A program made the translations under genes and the position numbers. A DNA stretch of 64,000 nt from a virus (lineage: Duplodnaviria; Caudoviricetes). The notes below the pieces were generated by a model. It saw nothing but the letters and a program-made list of their open reading frames with translations. It ran no database searches and had not been told where the DNA came from. Positions 40,510 to 50,900 of the stretch are shown here, in pieces. The stretch lies in the IMG/VR virus record IMGVR_UViG_3300020577_007133, positions 40,773 through 104,772 of that record; one strand, written 5' to 3'. The first letter of the stretch is position 1, and every line of letters starts with the position of its first letter.

Positions 40510-41338
40510 TATCCGATGATTTTAAAACTTTAATTAGTTCATTTATACTAATACCTTCTTTTTTTGCCATATTTTTAATGGATTTAAGATTTTTCTTTAA
40601 TATTTTACTAACACTAACATCTTTTCTAACAACATCAGAATCTGATTTTGATTTTTTGGTTAAAATATCTTCAACCATTTTTCTCATCATTTGTTTTTGT
40701 TGTTCTTCGAGTGAATTTTTTTCTGATAATCGTTGTCTTAATTCACCATCTTCAACTTCTTCTTTTGGTAATTTACCAAATTGTTTTGCTCGTTCAACAG
40801 GATTTTCAACACCCATCTCTTTTAATTTTTTGACGGTATCATTGTAATCCATATCTTTAGTTTCTTCGTATCCAAATGCCTCAGAGTAATCCACTTCATT
40901 TAATACATCTTCACCTTCAGTACTTTCACCATAATAAACTCTATAACCTCTCATTACCGGGTCATTAGTTGTTCTTGCAGCTTGAACCGTTTGGTCCATA
41001 GTTTTCTTAGGTGCTAAATATTGATTATAACGAGGGATTCTTGACCCCAACATATTACCATCTTCATCTACCAATTCGTCAATTTCTTTTTTAGATTTAA
41101 TACCTTTTAATTTTTTATCTAATGCTTTTTTGGTAACTTTTGATTTTGTTTTCATTGCACTTGAAACAACTCCCTTAACTTTTTTCTCATCTTTTTTATC
41201 AAAATCAATTTTCTCATCTGATTTCCTTGATTCGGTTATAGTTTCGGCCACATTATAATATAATGATATTTTATCACCTCTATCTTTCAAATAGAAATAA
41301 CAATTGTTTTCAAAATATTCAGTATTAAAATTAATCAT
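40502..41338 (-). CDS. hypothetical protein, putative internal head protein
   Basis: Likely start MINFNTE at 41338; many (I/L)xE motifs. Confidence 0.7.
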   Translation of the reverse strand: MINFNTEYFENNCYFYLKDRGDKISLYYNVAETITESRKSDEKIDFDKKDEKKVKGVVSSAMKTKSKVTKKALDKKLKGIKSKKEIDELVDEDGNMLGSRIPRYNQYLAPKKTMDQTVQAARTTNDPVMRGYRVYYGESTEGEDVLNEVDYSEAFGYEETKDMDYNDTVKKLKEMGVENPVERAKQFGKLPKEEVEDGELRQRLSEKNSLEEQQKQMMRKMVEDILTKKSKSDSDVVRKDVSVSKILKKNLKSIKNMAKKEGISINELIKVLKSSDNE

Positions 41339-41353
41339 ATCAACTTTTTCTAT

Positions 41354-42600
41354 TTGGACTACCAATATTATTTGGATTCTGAAACATTATTCAGAAGTTT
41401 AAACGTTTCATCGATTGTGCCAACTGAAGTTGGTCTTATTTCATCTCCACGTCTGTTATCGTCAGTCCCTGACGATTTATGTTTATATCCTTCTTTAAGG
41501 ATGTTTATACTTGCGTTTAAATCTCTATCTAATTTTATTTTACAAGATGGACAAGTCCATTCTCTAATATCAAGTTTTAGATTTTGATTAATGTATCCGC
41601 AACAATTACAAGTTTTACTGGAAGGAAAAAATCTATCAATTTTAACTATTTCTTTATCATTCCATTCCGCTTTATATGTTAAAAGTTCTATGAACTTACT
41701 CCACGAAGCATCTGAAATATGTTTTGATAATTTATGATTTTTAATCATTCCTTTAATGTTTAAATCTTCCAATACAATTACATCGTATTTTTTGATTAAT
41801 TCTGTGGATACTTTGTGCAAATTATCTAACCTAGAATTGGTTATCTTCTTATAAATATTTGCAACTTTTAATTTTTCTTTTAAATAACGATTTGACCCAT
41901 AAGTTTTTCTACTTAAATGTTGTTGATGTTCTTTAAGTTTTCTTTCATAGGTTTTTGTATATCTATTATTTTTGTATTTAAATCCTTCGGATGTAATCAC
42001 AAAATCCTTTAAACCCAAATCAATTCCGATTGATTTTCCTGTTTTTGGTAAGACTTTATGAGTTGTTTCTACCAAAATGGAAACAAAATATTCATTTGTT
42101 GGTGTTTTTAATATCGTACAGGATTTAATTATTCCGGAGAAACTTCTTGATAAAATTAAATCAATCGGTTCTTTAAATTTAGGTATTTTTAGTTTTCCAT
42201 CTTCTAACTTAACAAATTGTGGAACTTTAAAACTATTTTTAGATTTTTTTGATTTAAATTTTGGGAATTTTGTTCTTTTTTTAAAAAAACCATTATAAGC
42301 ATCGTCTAAATTTTTTAACGATGATTGTAATGATTGAGAATTAATTTCATTTAACCAAAAATATTCTTTTTGTTTTTTTAATTCGGTTAATGATTTAGAA
42401 TTATCGGAATAATTTAAGTTTTGTTTGTTATTCTCATATTCTTTTTTTCTTTCATTAAGAAAATAATTATAAGCAAACCTAATGGAACCAAAATGTTTGT
42501 TTAAAAGTACTTTTTGGTCTTCATTCGGTTTTAATTTATATTTATATGATTTTAACATTTATTCTATTTTCTTTATATAGAATAAATATCATAAAAAATA
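41354..42600 (-). mobile_element. second solo TnpB (IS200/IS605-family) element
   Basis: tnpB ORF; right end GGTAGTCCAA resembles the first element's GGTGGTTCAA; left boundary uncertain. Confidence 0.5.
41368..42558 (-). CDS. tnpB: RNA-guided endonuclease TnpB
   Basis: Motifs YKYKLKP, GIDLGLK, IVLEDLN, PSSKTCNCCG..CPSC and LDRDLNASINI; catalytic triad intact. Confidence 0.93.
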   Translation of the reverse strand: MLKSYKYKLKPNEDQKVLLNKHFGSIRFAYNYFLNERKKEYENNKQNLNYSDNSKSLTELKKQKEYFWLNEINSQSLQSSLKNLDDAYNGFFKKRTKFPKFKSKKSKNSFKVPQFVKLEDGKLKIPKFKEPIDLILSRSFSGIIKSCTILKTPTNEYFVSILVETTHKVLPKTGKSIGIDLGLKDFVITSEGFKYKNNRYTKTYERKLKEHQQHLSRKTYGSNRYLKEKLKVANIYKKITNSRLDNLHKVSTELIKKYDVIVLEDLNIKGMIKNHKLSKHISDASWSKFIELLTYKAEWNDKEIVKIDRFFPSSKTCNCCGYINQNLKLDIREWTCPSCKIKLDRDLNASINILKEGYKHKSSGTDDNRRGDEIRPTSVGTIDETFKLLNNVSESK

Positions 42601-42660
42601 GAAAAAACCTAATTTAATTACAGATTATTTTATTTTTAACTATTTATTGTAAAAAAGATT

Positions 42661-45600
42661 GTGAGTCAGAATATAAATCAATATCCAAGACCTAATTGGG
42701 GTATAAAGTTAGCGATTGATGCTAGTGATATGACCTTAGTTAATGATGAGAGAAACTATAATGAAGAAGTGGTTTTCTCACCATATCTTATTGCTCAAAC
42801 ATACGGTAATAGATTACCTTTTTCTTTTGATACTAATAATTCAGATTCGGTACAACCATTAGATTTGAGTTACAAACAATATGATTTTGATAATGTTTTT
42901 GTATCAACGAATTATTATAACCCGGACAACATTGATTTAAGTTGTTTAACCGCAAACACATCTTGTGATATCGGTTTAACAGGTATTGACAATGGTTTGG
43001 TTACGGATATGACGGGTCAAACAATAACATTTACGAATGGAATTAATGATTTCACCAAATTTGATAGATTATCGTTTGATAGAAGATTAAAAATGTTCCA
43101 AGTTACGGGATATACCAGTTCAAATGTTAGATTCTCGGGATTTGATAAGACCATATTATATGAGGTTGTAAGTAAAAACGATTCTGTTGGGTATTATCAC
43201 GAATTATATGGTGGTTTCTACCAAGGGTTTTATAAGTTATTTGGTTATGATTATGAAATTTTCCCTGAAAGAATGAATAAGGGATGGTCGGTTGAGATGT
43301 TATTAAAACCAAGATTAACTAACGAATATGGACCATCTTCAGGTGAAACAACATTAAACGAAATATACCCGGAAAATAAAGATATTTTCTTTTATTTTGG
43401 AACTCGTGCTGAGAATAAATTTTATCATTATGCTGATGGACATCCAAGATGTTTAACTGGATATAATAGAGTAACTTCAGAGGTTACCGGATTAACAACT
43501 TGTGCTTGTTGTGATAATTCTGTGGTTAATAGTAGATGTATCTATGTTTATCCACCAAGACCAACAGATAAAGATTGTAATGGATGTATAACTTGTGGAT
43601 GGGAATATAAAATTCACGATTGTCCGGTTGTTACCCCAACTCCAACACCAACCCCTACACCGTCACCGACACCGTCAAATTGTGAACCTATTACCGCTTG
43701 TACCGAAGGTTGTACTTGTTTAAATTGTACAACTTGTAATGAATGTAAAGTGTGTGATACTTGTAATTTAACACCGGGTTCGGTTGAGAATACTTGTGAG
43801 AGTGACCCGTTATATGATTCGATGTCTAATGTAATTGCATTAAAATTATGTGGTGACCCAAAAAACCCACAAATCGGGGTTAGATTATTAAGATTTACCG
43901 GAGATTGTGTAACAACCGGTAGTTGTTCAACAACAGGTATAACATATTCAACAGGTTATACAATAGATAATTATTGTACTCCAAACGGAATATATGATTA
44001 TTGTGAGAATATAAATCCGGATTATTTGGAAAGCGAACATTGGTTCCACGTAACGGCCGTTTGGGAAAGATATACTTGGTTAGATACTTGTGATTTATGG
44101 TATAGAGGTGGATTAGGAGATATAACTGAAACTAAATACTTAGATGGTTTAGCGGAAAATTCTGTTGCACTAATTACTGTACCATATACTCAAACTTGCG
44201 GAACTGACCCACAACAAATCGATTTGGTTAATCTAAATGAAAAATGGTTAATCGATAAAGATTTCAGAAAAGGAAGATTAAAAATTTATGTTAACGGAAG
44301 GATATTCCATACATTCCAAGACATTGAAGAAATAATACCGAGAGGTTTAAATACCGATAAAGAGAAACAGGTTGGAGTCCCATTTAATATTTCTTGGGGT
44401 GGTGGAACACAAGGTTTAAGAGAGAATTTAACATTCTCATCAACAACCGGAACAACATATATCCAAGACCCAGAATCTTTACCAACAAATGACTTAAGTG
44501 GTACCACATATAGTGGTTTAACTACTAATATATTATTGGAACAAAATTTCGGTGGAACATTTGAGGGGGGGGTATCTCAATTCAGAATGTATGTATCACC
44601 ATTATCAGCACCTGAGGTTAAACATAATTTCAACTTATTAAAAGATACTTTTGATATGTTTAATCCGGATTGTCCTGATTGTGGTGAAAATTTCTGTCCG
44701 GTAAATGATTTTAGTTACGAAATTAATGGTGAAACCCCAACACCTACACCTACGATAACAGAAACTCCGACTAATACCCCAACTCTAACCCCAACACAAA
44801 CACCGACAAATACTCTAACACCAACACCTACAATAACAGAAACTCCAACTAATACACCAACAATGACACCCACGCCAACTCTTACGTCAATCCCGCCACA
44901 ATTAACCCTTATAGTTGATTATACACCAGGCTCTATCATTGCTTCATATTCATTATTTTTAAATCGTTTATTTACCGAAGAGATAAATGTTACTTTTGAA
45001 AATATTTTAGATGTTTATAGTGGCAACCCAATTACGATAGTTACGGGTGTTACTATTAATTTAGGTAATTTTTCAGGACAAACTATTGTAACAATAAATG
45101 AAGATTACAATAACTTTAATGGTAATGTTAGTTTTAGTCAATTATCTGGTACTCCAAGTGGAAGCACATATACAATTGAGTATATTAATCCATTTCCCAC
45201 ACCAACACCAACTATAACCAATACTCCAACCGAGACTCCAACTCAAACACCGACCGAGACTCCTACAAATACGCCAACACCAACGGTGACTGAAACTCCT
45301 ACAAATACACCTACTAATACACCTACACCTACTGTAACTGAAACGCCAACTAATACACCAACTCCAACTGTAACAGAAACTCCAACAAATACTCCTACTC
45401 CAACAGAAACTCCTACACCTACTGTAACTGAAACTCCTACGCCTACTGTAACCGAAACTCCGACAATTACACCTACCCCAACAGTAACGCCAACTCCAGG
45501 ACTATCACAAACACCTACACCTACAAATACTGTAACTCAAACCCCAACTAACACCCCTACAAATACTGTAACACCAACAATGTCGTCACAAACAGTTACA

Positions 45601-46902
45601 TATTCAACATCAACATCTATTATTGCAAACCCTGAAAGAGGTTTACAAAAATATTCTAAAAATGTGAGTAGTAATGGTTCTTACGATTTTGTTAATCAAA
45701 CCACATTAATTAATAATAGAACGGGTAGTGATAAAGTAACAGTTTTATATAGATATATAATCCTGAGTGGGTACAATAATACGGATATTATAGATTCCAC
45801 TTATTTGGATAATTTACAAACAGATTTTAATAGAATAAGAAATGCTGGAGTTAAAGTGATTCCTAGAATTAGTTACAATATAGTAACAACCGCTAATACA
45901 CAACCTTCAAAGGCTAGAATTATATCACATATAGAAGCATTGGCGAGTACAATAAATGCAAATAAAGATATTATTTTATCTATACAAGCAGGTTCTATTG
46001 GATTATATGGTGAGTGGTATTATACTGATAGTAGTGTTGAGTTTGGAGACCAAGGTAATATATCCCCAAGTCAATGGTTAAACAGAAAAGATGTTGTTGA
46101 TGCTATGTTAACTAACTTTGAAGATGTCCCTATTCAGGTAAGAACTGCTAAGGCTAAACAAGAAATGTACGGTAGTACTTTAATATCAGGTTCAACAGCT
46201 TATCAAAATACACCATTGGCTCGTGTTGGTTTTTATAATGACGCATTATTGAATGATTATGGGGATGAAGGTACATATGATGTTAGTGGTCAATGTACAA
46301 ATCCTGTTGGTTCATTTGATTATGATTTTATATCTAATGCAGGTTTTTATCTACCTAACACCGGAGAATCAAATGGTTTTAATTCGTGTGATGGAGGATT
46401 AAGGACTAGTGGTGCAAACGCAACCTATGAATTTAATTTATTAAATTTTAGTGTTATAAATAGAGATTATTACCTACCAATTTGGGATAATTGGATATCA
46501 ACTGGTTATTATGATGAAATACTAAAAAACATGGGTTATAGATTAGAATTAATCTCTTCAACTTTAAGTGGTAGTAATTTATCATTAATTATTGATAATG
46601 TAGGATACTCAAAAATACTTTTTGAGAAAAAAACATATATAATATATAGAGATAATTTAAATAACGAATATAAAAGACTTTTACCGTTAGATATAAGAAC
46701 ACTAACTAAAGGTCTTAATACTGTCAATATTACGCTACCGAATGATGTGCCAAGTAATTCTTATTCATTGTTACTACAAATAACGGATAAAAATAGTGGC
46801 TTGGAAAATAGAGTAGAATACTGTATCCAATTAGCAAATATCGGATTATGGGAATCAATTACGGGTTATAATAATTTATTACAAACAGTTATAGTAACTT
46901 AA
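42661..46902 (+). CDS. large virion-associated protein: Cys-rich regions, three Pro/Thr tracts, C-terminal DUF4874/DUF4832-like glycoside-hydrolase-fold module
   Basis: (TP)n and TETPT tracts; C-terminal [32 protein letters not shown] and MGYRL. Confidence 0.7.
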   Translation: MSQNINQYPRPNWGIKLAIDASDMTLVNDERNYNEEVVFSPYLIAQTYGNRLPFSFDTNNSDSVQPLDLSYKQYDFDNVFVSTNYYNPDNIDLSCLTANTSCDIGLTGIDNGLVTDMTGQTITFTNGINDFTKFDRLSFDRRLKMFQVTGYTSSNVRFSGFDKTILYEVVSKNDSVGYYHELYGGFYQGFYKLFGYDYEIFPERMNKGWSVEMLLKPRLTNEYGPSSGETTLNEIYPENKDIFFYFGTRAENKFYHYADGHPRCLTGYNRVTSEVTGLTTCACCDNSVVNSRCIYVYPPRPTDKDCNGCITCGWEYKIHDCPVVTPTPTPTPTPSPTPSNCEPITACTEGCTCLNCTTCNECKVCDTCNLTPGSVENTCESDPLYDSMSNVIALKLCGDPKNPQIGVRLLRFTGDCVTTGSCSTTGITYSTGYTIDNYCTPNGIYDYCENINPDYLESEHWFHVTAVWERYTWLDTCDLWYRGGLGDITETKYLDGLAENSVALITVPYTQTCGTDPQQIDLVNLNEKWLIDKDFRKGRLKIYVNGRIFHTFQDIEEIIPRGLNTDKEKQVGVPFNISWGGGTQGLRENLTFSSTTGTTYIQDPESLPTNDLSGTTYSGLTTNILLEQNFGGTFEGGVSQFRMYVSPLSAPEVKHNFNLLKDTFDMFNPDCPDCGENFCPVNDFSYEINGETPTPTPTITETPTNTPTLTPTQTPTNTLTPTPTITETPTNTPTMTPTPTLTSIPPQLTLIVDYTPGSIIASYSLFLNRLFTEEINVTFENILDVYSGNPITIVTGVTINLGNFSGQTIVTINEDYNNFNGNVSFSQLSGTPSGSTYTIEYINPFPTPTPTITNTPTETPTQTPTETPTNTPTPTVTETPTNTPTNTPTPTVTETPTNTPTPTVTETPTNTPTPTETPTPTVTETPTPTVTETPTITPTPTVTPTPGLSQTPTPTNTVTQTPTNTPTNTVTPTMSSQTVTYSTSTSIIANPERGLQKYSKNVSSNGSYDFVNQTTLINNRTGSDKVTVLYRYIILSGYNNTDIIDSTYLDNLQTDFNRIRNAGVKVIPRISYNIVTTANTQPSKARIISHIEALASTINANKDIILSIQAGSIGLYGEWYYTDSSVEFGDQGNISPSQWLNRKDVVDAMLTNFEDVPIQVRTAKAKQEMYGSTLISGSTAYQNTPLARVGFYNDALLNDYGDEGTYDVSGQCTNPVGSFDYDFISNAGFYLPNTGESNGFNSCDGGLRTSGANATYEFNLLNFSVINRDYYLPIWDNWISTGYYDEILKNMGYRLELISSTLSGSNLSLIIDNVGYSKILFEKKTYIIYRDNLNNEYKRLLPLDIRTLTKGLNTVNITLPNDVPSNSYSLLLQITDKNSGLENRVEYCIQLANIGLWESITGYNNLLQTVIVT
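45195..45580 (+). repeat. long imperfect tandem repeat encoding [12 protein letters not shown] (mucin-like tract)
   Basis: About 130 codons, mostly ACN/CCN; shorter tracts near 4660, 5010, 43630, 44730, 47130, 54040, 54290, 54570, 54900, 55770 and 62560. Confidence 0.9.
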
Positions 46903-46917
46903 AACATAAAATAAAAA

Positions 46918-47937
46918 ATGAGTACAATTACAATACAAAGTATAAATTATAGTGGTGAGGTTGCAAATATTATATTTAAACCTTACGGACTAAATAATGT
47001 GATTAATTTAGGGAATCAAACGTTACCTTATATTTTTAACCCAACATTATTAACACCACCCCAAAATGTATATGGTGTTTATACCATATTGGTTGAGGGT
47101 GCGGATTGCCCGTCAATATTAAATGTTCCATTACCAACACCAACTCCTACACCAACAATAACTGCAAGTCCAACACAAACACCAACACCTACGGTTACCC
47201 CTACAGTAACACCAACATTTGACCCTTGTAAAATAACACCAACTCCGACTAATACCCCAAGTGTAACCCCAACAAAAACACAAACACCAACACCGACACA
47301 GAGTCCGGGGGCGTCTCCAACACCAACGAATACACCAACCACAACAAAAACACCTACACCGACACCAACACCATTATATTTTGCGTATTTATTTATAGAA
47401 CCGGTTTCAGGGTCAACAGATATTGGACAATGGATGTATGATAATGGAAGAAATTTCTTTGGATTTACTAATTATTCCCAACCAACTCAAGACCAAACTG
47501 AGTTTGATATCGATATGAATACTTATGTTGATTTTAGTGGTTGGACTGACGGTTTGTTCCCGGCATTAATTAAACAAACGGTTCCACAAATATCAGGTGG
47601 TGAAGATAGTTTTAATAATTCAATCGTTGCTTACAATTTCTTAACAACTGAAATACCTAGTGATTACGTTAATGGATTTGGATGGTACTCTTGGATGATT
47701 CCGGTTTCATTAACAAATAATGAAAGACAAATTATGATTGACTTGAATACTAGTAATAATCCTAATTTATTAACCGGTGTTGGTACAGAATTAACAATTA
47801 ACTCTTACACTTTCACCTATACAGGAACAACGATTCCGCAAACAACTTATAGAGTTTACACAACGTATCCTAATACTATATTTAAAATAATAGACACTCA
47901 AAATATTTATATGAGAGGTAATACAATAGCACCATAA
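46918..47937 (+). CDS. Pro/Thr-linker putative virion protein
   Basis: Two globular parts separated by an ~80 aa (TP)n tract. Confidence 0.75.
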   Translation: MSTITIQSINYSGEVANIIFKPYGLNNVINLGNQTLPYIFNPTLLTPPQNVYGVYTILVEGADCPSILNVPLPTPTPTPTITASPTQTPTPTVTPTVTPTFDPCKITPTPTNTPSVTPTKTQTPTPTQSPGASPTPTNTPTTTKTPTPTPTPLYFAYLFIEPVSGSTDIGQWMYDNGRNFFGFTNYSQPTQDQTEFDIDMNTYVDFSGWTDGLFPALIKQTVPQISGGEDSFNNSIVAYNFLTTEIPSDYVNGFGWYSWMIPVSLTNNERQIMIDLNTSNNPNLLTGVGTELTINSYTFTYTGTTIPQTTYRVYTTYPNTIFKIIDTQNIYMRGNTIAP

Positions 47938-47938
47938 T

Positions 47939-50900
47939 ATGAGTAATTTTTTAGAAAAAATACCGGTTTCACCTATAACTTCTTTTGGTAGTCCATCAGT
48001 AACGAATGGTTCTACTATTGGAACTAACTTCAGTATTTTACAAGTTGGTGGATATATGGAAGTATATTCATTATCAGGTTTAACATATACAATACCACCG
48101 GTTACCGGTCAAATTGAATTTACCGGTAATACAATTCCGATTCATTTTACAAAAGGTTCAGGGTCTGTATTCTCACCTGACGTATTAACACTTAACTCTG
48201 ACAATATTTCTTCGGGTAGAAGAAAATTGGGAATGTTAGTTTATGTATATGAAACGGAGAAAATTTATCAATATACGATTGACAATTATGAGACATTATG
48301 GAATAACGCGACCGGAGCAACCGGTCCTGGTGGACCAACAGTGGTTATCTCAGATTTTGGAACAACAGTAAAAAATAACTCACCTGAAGGGATTGCTTTT
48401 ATAAATGCTTGGACATCATCTACAATATCAGGAATTGATGGTTATGACGATACAAATGCGTCTTGGAGAGTGTTACAAACAGGTGGGAGTGGAGTTTCAA
48501 TAACCGGAGGTTCATTTAATAATACTACGGATACTTTAACCTTAAATAATTCAACCGGTGGTACAATAACTATTACCGGATTCACAGATTATTATACAAC
48601 CGGATTTACCTTTAATCCTTCTAACTATGATTTAACGATAGAAAGAAATGACGGATTACCTAGTTTATCCGTTAATTTATCAATTTTAGCTTCGGATGTA
48701 ACAATTACCGGTGGTACGTACAATTCATCCACAGGTACCGTAACATTTACTAATAATACTGGTGGGACATTTAATGTTACCGGTTTTCTAACCGGTTTTA
48801 CTGACATTTATGTAACCGGAGGTACATTTAATAATAGTACTAAAATACTAACATTAAGACGTTCAGATAATATTAATATCAATATCTCAGGGTTTACCGA
48901 TACTTTTGTTACCGGAGCAACTAAGTCAGGGACGGTTGCAACATTTACTAATAATACCGGAGGTACATTTACATTAACAGGTTTGACGGATGTTTTTGTT
49001 ACCGGTGGTACTTATTCATCATCAACCGGTATTACTACTTTTAGAAACAATACTGGTGGTACATTTAATATTTCGGGATATTTTAAACCTTCAGATGATA
49101 TATATGTTACCGGAGGTACTGTTAGTCACGGTCCAAACGAAGCAAATAATGTTTTATATTTAAACAGAAGTGATAATAATACGGTAACCATACAAAATCT
49201 TGTGGATGTTTACGAGATAAGTAGAAATGATTTATTAGGTGTTATTGCAGATAAAGCTGTAATTAAAGGTAAAACATATAAAGTCAATAAATGTGACTCA
49301 GTATTATATGATAATGGTACAAATAGTGAAAGTGATAATGTTTATACCACGATATATTTAATAGGTGTTTCAAATAGCAAGGTGTCTGAGTCTGGTATTG
49401 GTGTATTTTATACCCCTAAATATTCTGATATATCTATATTTGTTGAACTTTATGTGTATACAGAATCTGATTTAGTTATCTGGGGTGGTTATGTTTGGAA
49501 ATGTAAAACAAGTGGTACGTATAATAGTCTTGACACTTTTACGTTAGATACTAATTATTGGGAGCTAATATTACCTTTTACCAATTCAAATGAACTTAAC
49601 ACTGAAGATTACACAATTCGTTATGATGACGTTATTTATGATATAGATAATGATATAATCATTTATCGTAATGAAGAGAATATTAATATAGTAAGTACTA
49701 CTGTTGAAAATATTGATTATTGGGTTAATAAAAAATCATTTTATAATCCAATTAGAGCATTCCAATGGGGTAATATTTATACTAATGATAAAGGTATCGG
49801 GAACCAAATTATTATTAATTCATACAATGAAAATATAAATTATACAGGTGATTACCAAATAAATTTTTACTTTGAAGGTGGAAGTTATTTGAGAAATAAT
49901 TTTGTAGAGGTTGGTTCGTATCAAAGAAATTTCTATTTTAAGGATAATTCATACCAAGATGATAGTACTTTAACCAGAATATCAAGTCAAAATTCTTTGT
50001 TTTTAACAAATAATTCTTATATATCAAAAATTACCCTTAGTCAATCATATCAAGACAATATCTATTTAGATAATGATTCTTATATGGACAGTATATTGAT
50101 AACTAAAGGTTCAAATCAAACCTCTATAAAGTTAAATGGATATTCATATTTTGAAAATATTATATTAAAATCCGATAGTTCTTATCAAGATAGTTTATGT
50201 TTCACTAATAATTCATACCAATCTAACATTACTTTTGGTCCTGAGTGTTATCAGTTTAATTTTAATTTTAATAATGGTTCATATCAAAATATTATAAATT
50301 TACAAAACAACGGTAAATTTTCACAACAAGAATATTTTGATTTTAATAACGGTTCTTACCAATCTAACATAACCATTGATTCTAATAAGCAAGAATATTT
50401 TACATTTAATAATGGTTATCAAGATAATTGTAGTGATAATAAAGGTCAATCTTATATCGTAATTGAAAATGGTTCTCAGATAAAGGGTTTTACTGACGCT
50501 CAAGATAAAATAACAATTAAAGGTTATAATTTAGATTGGGGAAGTTACGCATCAATAGCACAAAGTGGATTATTTTTCATCCACAATTTACCAAACGAAA
50601 CAACAACAAGTCTTATAGGTAAAAAAGATAACAGACTTGTTGAAGTTAGTGATTTATATTTTGATGGTAATAAATGGGTGTTAACTGGTAATATAACGGT
50701 TGGAGGTTTAACCGCAACAACACTTTCGGCATCCACATATTTAGGATTACCAATTGATATTAGAGTTACCGGAGCAACTAAATCAGGGACGGTTGCAACA
50801 TTTACTAATAATACCGGAGGTACTTTTACTCTAACAGGGTTGACTGATACATTTGTAACCGGTGTAACTTATATAAATAACACGTTCACATATACAAATA

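Noticed and set aside
17413-42558. TnpB genes as Cas12f effectors or nuclease-dead TldR regulators
   Set aside because: No adjacent array, IS605-like right ends are present, and the RuvC D-E-D residues are intact.
45195-45580. Repeat tracts as a CRISPR array
   Set aside because: Repeats are degenerate at third codon positions, in frame within ORFs and have no unique spacers; no cas genes present.
48908-50823. Diversity-generating retroelement template/variable repeat pair
   Set aside because: Both copies are internal coding repeats with synonymous-type differences, and no reverse transcriptase is in the window.
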